From Kofleriaceae bacterium (lineage in GTDB: Bacteria; Myxococcota_A; Polyangia; Haliangiales; Haliangiaceae), in the NCBI GenBank assembly GCA_046597055.1, contig JBKJLC010000261.1, positions 1 through 23,441 on the forward strand: a DNA stretch of 23,441 nucleotides. Direction: 5' to 3'. Positions 16,316-23,441 of this stretch are shown here, one piece after another (position 1 is the first letter of the stretch; the number at the start of each line of letters is the position of its first letter). Under the pieces are notes generated by a model. It had not been told where the DNA came from, ran no database searches, and was given only the letters and a program-made list of their open reading frames with translations. A program made the position numbers and the translations under genes.

Positions 16316-18694
16316 ATGGTCCGTACCCTCCTGGCTGGCGCTGTCGGCGTTGCCACCCTGCTCCTCGTCGGTGCGCCGTCCGCCGGCGCGGCCCCGCCGC
16401 AGCCCGGCGGTCCCCATCCGCGCCTGTTCCTCGACACCGCGACGCTCGACGCCCTGAAGGTGGCGGCCGGCCGGCCGGACAGCGCGGTCGCGCGCGCGGT
16501 CACGCGCTGCAACCGCATCCGCGCCAACCCGGGCAACTTCACCACCGGGGGCATGGGGCTCGACTTCGGCGCCAACATGAGCGCCTGCGCGCTCGCGTGG
16601 AAGGTCACGGCCGACCCGGTCTACGCCACCGAGGCGGTCCGCTTCTTTCGCGCGCTCCTGAATGACTACCAGGCGATCGGCGACGGTGCGGGCGGCGACG
16701 ACGTCGTCCGCCACGACACCGGCTATGCGATGCGCGGCTTCGCGCCGTATGCCGCGATCGCTTACGACTGGCTGCGCGAAGCGCCCGGGGTCGACGCCGA
16801 CCTGCTGGCCCTGGCCCGCCGCCGCTTCAAGGCGTGGACCGACTGGTACGACGCCGACGGCTATCACAACGATCAGCCCGGCGCGAACTACCACGCCGGC
16901 TACATCTTCGGCGCGACCATGATCGCGATCGCGCAGGGCAACGAGGCCGGCGCCGAGGGCGCCGAGCTGTGGACCCACGTGGTCGACGACCTGTTCGGGC
17001 GCGACATGGCCGCGGCGCTCGCCGACGGCGGCACGCTCGACGGTGGCGACTGGCTCGAGGGCTGGCAGTACGGCAACCTCAGCGTGCTCGAGTACGCGGC
17101 GTCGGCCCGCGCGCTGCGCGATCAAGGGGTCACCCTCGAAGGGTACGCGGCGTGGGAGGGTGAGCTGGTCGCGCGCGCGATCTACGCGAGCCCGCCGGCC
17201 AGCGGCCAGATGTTCATCGGCGGCGATGCCGACATCGAGACGCCGTACCGCGAGCTGTCGGCGATGAACCTGTACGCCGCGCTGATCGACGTCGGGCCCG
17301 CCGAGGCGCGCGGCTGGGCGCAGCACCTGATCGAGACCTACGATCTGCAGGAGACGACGTTCCTGCTGCTGGCCGCGCTGGCCGAGGTGCGGGCGACCGC
17401 GCCGACGCCGTTCCCGACCGACGTGTCGACCCTGCTGTTCGCGCCCGGCTCGCACACCGTGTACGCGCGGTCGGGCTGGGGCGCGAATCAGGTCTGGATG
17501 GTCACCCGCTGCTTGCCGGGCAACGCGATCTCCGACCACCTGTTCTTCGACGCCGGCAACCTGGTGCTGTCGCGCGGGCCCGATCACCTGATCGTCGACC
17601 CGAGCCCGTACGGCTCGATGTCGTCGCTCACCGGCAACGCGCCGACCTTGTCGAGCAACACCCTGCTCGAGCAGTACCGACCCGGCCAGGGCCCGTGGGG
17701 CAGCCCCGCGAACGTCGGCTTCGCGTGGCGCCGCCAGTCGCGCTCGGGGGTGGTCGCGACCCGCTGCGAGTACAGCGGCCAGTTCAAGTTCCGGTCGGAC
17801 GACGAGCGGGCGCCCGACGTGACCCGCGCGGTCCGCGACCTCGTGCTGGTGCCGACCAGCGCCGGCACCGACGCCACCCTGGTCGTGATCGACTACGCGG
17901 CCGGCGGCAACGGCCCCCTGCTGCTGCGGTACCGGACCCAGGCGGCGCTCGCCGCGAGCGGCAGCCGGGCCGCCGGCACCCTCGGCGCCAGCCGCCTGAC
18001 CATCCAGGCCGCCGCCGGGCCGGCCGGCACCGTGCGGGACCTGCCGCAGGGGGATTGCTTCGAGGGCCAGACCCGCGGCAACTGCGACGTCGCCCGGTTC
18101 GCCGGCGACGAGTGGCGGACCAGCGTGGCGGGCACGACCAAGCGGGCGATCACGGTGATCGACGCGGCCAGCGGCGATGCGCCCGCCGCGCTCGTCACCG
18201 CCGGCACCGGCTTCGAGGTGGTGGGGACCGAGCGCGGCGGCCACTGGATCGCGGTGGTGACCGCGACCACGCCGTCGGCCGGCACCGCGGTGGCCGCCCC
18301 GCTCACCTACCGGACCCGGGCCGGCGTCGTGGCCACCCACGTCGTGGTCGATGCGCCGCGCGGCGATGGCGGGCGCAGCGACGTCACCGCGCGCATGGTC
18401 GGCGACGAGTGCGAGGTGACGGTCATGCCCCGCGCCGGCGCCACCGGTGGCTTCGACGGCCGGCCGCTGATGCTGGCGGTGTCGGCCACCTGCGCGGTCG
18501 CCGAGGATCCCGACCTCGGTCCGTTCGAGCCGCCTAGCCCGCCCGATCCCGGCCCCGGCACCGGGTGGGAGGGTGCCGAGGTCGAGGGCGGCTGCTGCGA
18601 CGCGGGTGGCGCGCCCCTGCCGGCGCTGGTGCTGGTCCTGGTGCTCGCGCCGCTGGTGGGTCGGCGCGCCGGTCGCCGCGCCGAGCGCCGCTGA
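16316..18694 (+). CDS. Secreted protein, heparinase II/III / alginate-lyase-like fold, MYXO-CTERM-like tail, 792 aa
   Basis: Signal peptide; HPRLFL, AIAYDWL, NYHAG, GGDWLEGWQYG, ARSGW and H..FDAGNL recall lyase toroid plus beta-sandwich proteins. Pro-rich linker, then GGCCDAGG-hydrophobic-RRAGRR. Substrate unknown. Confidence 0.65.
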   Translation: MVRTLLAGAVGVATLLLVGAPSAGAAPPQPGGPHPRLFLDTATLDALKVAAGRPDSAVARAVTRCNRIRANPGNFTTGGMGLDFGANMSACALAWKVTADPVYATEAVRFFRALLNDYQAIGDGAGGDDVVRHDTGYAMRGFAPYAAIAYDWLREAPGVDADLLALARRRFKAWTDWYDADGYHNDQPGANYHAGYIFGATMIAIAQGNEAGAEGAELWTHVVDDLFGRDMAAALADGGTLDGGDWLEGWQYGNLSVLEYAASARALRDQGVTLEGYAAWEGELVARAIYASPPASGQMFIGGDADIETPYRELSAMNLYAALIDVGPAEARGWAQHLIETYDLQETTFLLLAALAEVRATAPTPFPTDVSTLLFAPGSHTVYARSGWGANQVWMVTRCLPGNAISDHLFFDAGNLVLSRGPDHLIVDPSPYGSMSSLTGNAPTLSSNTLLEQYRPGQGPWGSPANVGFAWRRQSRSGVVATRCEYSGQFKFRSDDERAPDVTRAVRDLVLVPTSAGTDATLVVIDYAAGGNGPLLLRYRTQAALAASGSRAAGTLGASRLTIQAAAGPAGTVRDLPQGDCFEGQTRGNCDVARFAGDEWRTSVAGTTKRAITVIDAASGDAPAALVTAGTGFEVVGTERGGHWIAVVTATTPSAGTAVAAPLTYRTRAGVVATHVVVDAPRGDGGRSDVTARMVGDECEVTVMPRAGATGGFDGRPLMLAVSATCAVAEDPDLGPFEPPSPPDPGPGTGWEGAEVEGGCCDAGGAPLPALVLVLVLAPLVGRRAGRRAERR

Positions 18695-18720
18695 CCGCGG
18701 TGACCGGGCCCGCGGTCAGC
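18690..18720. terminator. Hairpin between convergent genes
   Basis: Perfect 11-bp arms GCTGACCGCGG/CCGCGGTCAGC with a 9-nt loop, containing both stop codons. No U-tract. Confidence 0.55.
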
Positions 18721-21700
18721 GCGGCGTGCGCGGCGACCCGCCGGGCTCGATGACGGCGGTGGTGTGCGCGTCGAGCCACGGGCCCAGCGGCTGGGCTGGC
18801 GTCGGCCCGGACCACGCGCCGGCCAGCTCCCACACCCGCACGGTGTGATCGTCGCCGCCCGAGAGCAGGCGCGCACCGTCGGGCGCGAACGCCAGCTCGG
18901 TCACGATCCCGGCGTGGCCGTGCAGGCGCGCGCACGCGCCACTGGCCAGCCGGCACACGCGGATCACCCCGTTCGGGCCGGCGGTCGCCACCTGCTCGTC
19001 ATCGGGCGAGAGGGCCAGCGCGTGGACGTCCTCGATCGGGCCCGGCACCGCGCGCCGCGGGCCGCCGCCGAGATCGTGGAGGTGGATCGTGCCGGCGAAG
19101 TCCACGAACAGCAGGTGGCGACCATCGGCGGTGAAGCGCGGCTTGTGGGTGCCGGTGACCGGTGACGCGAGCGCGCGCGGCTGGCCGGTCGCCGCGTCCC
19201 ACAGCCACACCTGATCGGTGTCCCCGGTCGCGGCGATCCACCGGCCGTCGGGCGAGACCGCGACCCCGCTCGGCTCGCCGGGTCCGCCGGCGAGCACCAG
19301 GCCACCGCCGCGCGCGAGATCCCACACCCGCGCGGTCCCGTCCTTCCCGACGCTGGCCAGGCGGCGGCCGTCGGGAAAGAACGCCAGGCCGAGCAGGGAC
19401 CCGGTGTGGCCCCCCACGTGGACGTCGGCGCCGGTCCGGACATCGCGGACGTGGATCTGCCAGTCGTAGGTCGCGTAGGCGACGTGGTGCTGGTCGGGCG
19501 ACACCAGCGGTAGCCAGCTGCCGCCGGCCGGTCCCGGCACCGGCGCGGCCTTGCCCGCGAGATCCCACAGCGTCAGCTGGGCGTCGACGCTGCTCGACAC
19601 CACCCGGTCGCCGGCGAAGCCGAGGCTGAGCACCCAGCCGTCGTGGTGCCCGAGGACCCGGGGCGGGCCGCCGCCAGCATCCCAGCGCAGGACCGCGCGA
19701 TCGCGGGCGCCGCTGACGACGTGGTGACCGTCGGGCGTCCACGCCACCGCGGTCACCGGCGCCTCGTGACCGCGCAGCACGCGCACGCGCGTCGGCAAGC
19801 GCTGCCACACGCGCACCTGGTCGCCGCCGGCGGCCGCGACCCGACCGTCGTCGGCGACCGCCAAGAGGTTCAGCTCGCGCCCGTCGCTGGCGAGCACCGC
19901 CTCCTCGACGCCGTGGTCGTCCCACAGCCGCACGGTGCCGTCCTCCGAGGCGCTCACCAGCCGACCGTCGGGCGCATACGCGAGCGCACGCACGGTGTCG
20001 CCGTGGCCGCGCAGGATGACGGCGGCGGCGGCGGGGTCGGTCCAGCGCCGCACGGTTCGATCGCCGCTGGCGGTCGCGAGGCCGGCGCCGCCCGGCGCGA
20101 TCGCGACATCGGGGATCCAGTCGTCGTGGACGCCGAGCACGCCGCTGGTTCCGGTCGCGAGGTCCCACCGGCGCACGGTCCGGTCCTCGCTGACGGTGAC
20201 CGCGCTGCCGTCGGCCAGGAAGCGGATCCGGTGCACCTCCTTGACGTGGCCGACCAGCTCGCGACTGGCGCCGGTGACGAGCGAATGAGCGTGAAGGCCG
20301 CCGTCCGACGCACCGGACAGGAGCCAGCGCCCGTCGCCGCTGAAGGCCAGGCTCGACGCCCGCCAGCCGTGCTGCGTGATCGTGCGCGCCGTCGGGGCGC
20401 CCGCGCGCAGGTCCCACAGGCGCACCATGCCGCTCACCGCGCCGGTGGCCAGCCACCGGCCGTCGGTCGACAGGGCCAGGCTCATGAGCGCGGTGTCGCC
20501 GGTGTGGATCGTCCACGCGGCCCCGGTCGCCAGGTCGCGGAGCCGCACGTCGCCGGTGCCGTCATGGCTGGCGATGCGGCGGCCGTGGTCCCCGAACGTC
20601 GCGAATCGAGCCGGGGCGTCGCGGCCGAGTTCGCGTCCACGGCCGGTGTCGACGTCCCACATCACCACCGCGCCGTCGCGGCTGATCGTGACCAGCTGGG
20701 GGCCGTCGCCGACGAACGCCAGTCCGATCGCGGTCCCGGACAGCGCGAGCACGTGCCGGGCCACGCCGCGCCCGAGCGCGTCCTCGGCGACGTCGCGGGC
20801 CGGGCCGGCCGGGGCGGGTCCGTCGCCGGCCGCGTAGCGACGGAGCCAGGCCATCGCGGCGGTTGGATCGGTGCCGACCACGCCCTGCGCCTGCAGCAGG
20901 ATCAGCTCGCGCTCGCGACCTCGCAGCGCGCCGGCGGTGACCTGGAGCCGGTCGCGCGACCCGATCACGCGCTGGACGCTGACCGTGCCGGTCACCGCCA
21001 GCGCCGCCAGCAAGATCGCGCCGACAGTGACCGCCGCGCGGTGGCGACGCAGCCAGCGGGCGAGCAGCGCCGACCAGGAATAGCGGTGGGCCCCGACCAG
21101 CCCGCCGTCGGTGAAGCGGCGCAGGTCGTCGGCCATCGCGCGCGCGGTCGGGTAGCGCGCGGCCGGGTCGCGGCTCATGGCCTGGTCGACGATCGCGGCG
21201 AGATCGCGGGGCACACCGACCAGCGCGCGCGCGGGCGTCGGCGGCCCCGCCAGCACGTCGGCGAGCACGCGCTGGGTATCGGTGCCGGCATACGGCGGCC
21301 GACCGGCGAGCACGTGGTAGAGCAGCGCCCCCAGCGCGTACACGTCGGCGCGCTCGTCGACCGGCCGGCCGGCCGCCTGCTCGGGCGGCATGTACGCCGG
21401 GGTGCCCACCACCGCGCCATGCGCGGTCAGCTTCGCCGCGTGCGCGCCGGTGCCGGTGACCACGCCGGGGTCGTCGTCGGGCTCGTCGAGGCTCTTGGCC
21501 AGGCCCCAGTCGATCACGATCGTCTCACCGAACTCGCCGAGCAGCACGTTGAGCGGCTTGAGGTCGCGGTGGATGATGCGCTGGCCGTGGGCGTAGGCCA
21601 GGGCGTCGACGATCGCGAGCAGGCGTGGCACCAGCGCGAGCCGCTGGCCGGGCGCGGTCGCCGCGATCGCCGCGTCGAGCGACCGGCCGGCCACCAGCTT

Positions 21701-22014
21701 CATGCAGTAGAACGGCTCGCCGCTGTCCAGCGTGCCCAGGTCGTAGACCGGCACGATCGCGGGGTGCTGGAGGCGCGCGGTGATGCGCGCCTCGCGGGCG
21801 AAGCGGGCGCGCTGGTGCGGGTCGAGCGCGATCAGCTCCTTGACCGCGACCGGCCGGGTCAGCCGCGCGTCGTAGGCGCGCCGGACCCGGCCCATGCTGC
21901 CGCGCGCGACCTCGTCGCCGAGGAAGTAGCGATCGTCACCTGCGGTCGGCGCCGCCAGATCGGGCCCGCCGAGCTCGGGTCCAGCGTCGTCGATGGTGAC
22001 GTTGTGCGGCCGCA

Positions 22015-22015
<1 letters not shown>
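18716..22015 (-). CDS. Ser/Thr protein kinase with WD40 repeats, ~1099 aa
   Basis: [37 protein letters not shown]; hydrophobic segment; many GH...D.TVR.WD repeats. TGATG overlap with the upstream gene. Confidence 0.92.
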
Positions 22016-23355
<1,340 letters not shown>

Positions 23356-23400
23356 CTGCCAGACACTACCGCAGCCGATCGCGGCCGGTGCCGGCACACG

Positions 23401-23417
23401 CCGGCACGACCCTGGCA
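23401..23417 (+). promoter_or_regulatory. Putative sigma54 -24/-12 promoter
   Basis: CCGGCACGACCCTGGCA has GG-N10-GC spacing and is close to YTGGCACGRNNNTTGCW. Target gene lies outside the window. Confidence 0.45.
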
Positions 23418-23441
23418 CGACCGCGCCGCACCTCGGTTCAC

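Noticed and set aside
21500..21515. Kinase DWG instead of DFG as a sign of a pseudokinase
   Set aside because: DWG is a common variant in such bacterial kinases; the VAVK lysine and HRDLKP.N loop are intact.

Overview
Very GC-rich bacterial DNA, probably Myxococcota (MYXO-CTERM-like tail, FHA-sigma54 activator, kinase-WD40 fusion). Bases 1-16259 look like a steroid-catabolism region. They carry a flavin reductase, an IpdE1/IpdE2 (FadE30/FadE33)-like acyl-CoA dehydrogenase pair, an Rv3548c-like SDR, an endoglycoceramidase-like GH5 lipoprotein, a FadD3-like CoA ligase, an SRPBCC protein, a KstD-like flavoprotein, a KstR-like TetR regulator and a six-gene Mla/Mce-type ABC operon. Three perfect and three degenerate copies of the actinobacterial KstR operator (TnnAACnnGTTnnA) lie in the intergenic promoter regions, including upstream of the Mce operon. 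The two ATPases show complementary degenerate motifs. Intergenic DNA holds two families of structured repeats. The right end encodes a secreted lyase-like protein and an FHA-EBP/Ser-Thr kinase-WD40 pair. Family assignments come from motif reading and recalled similarity, not from database searches.
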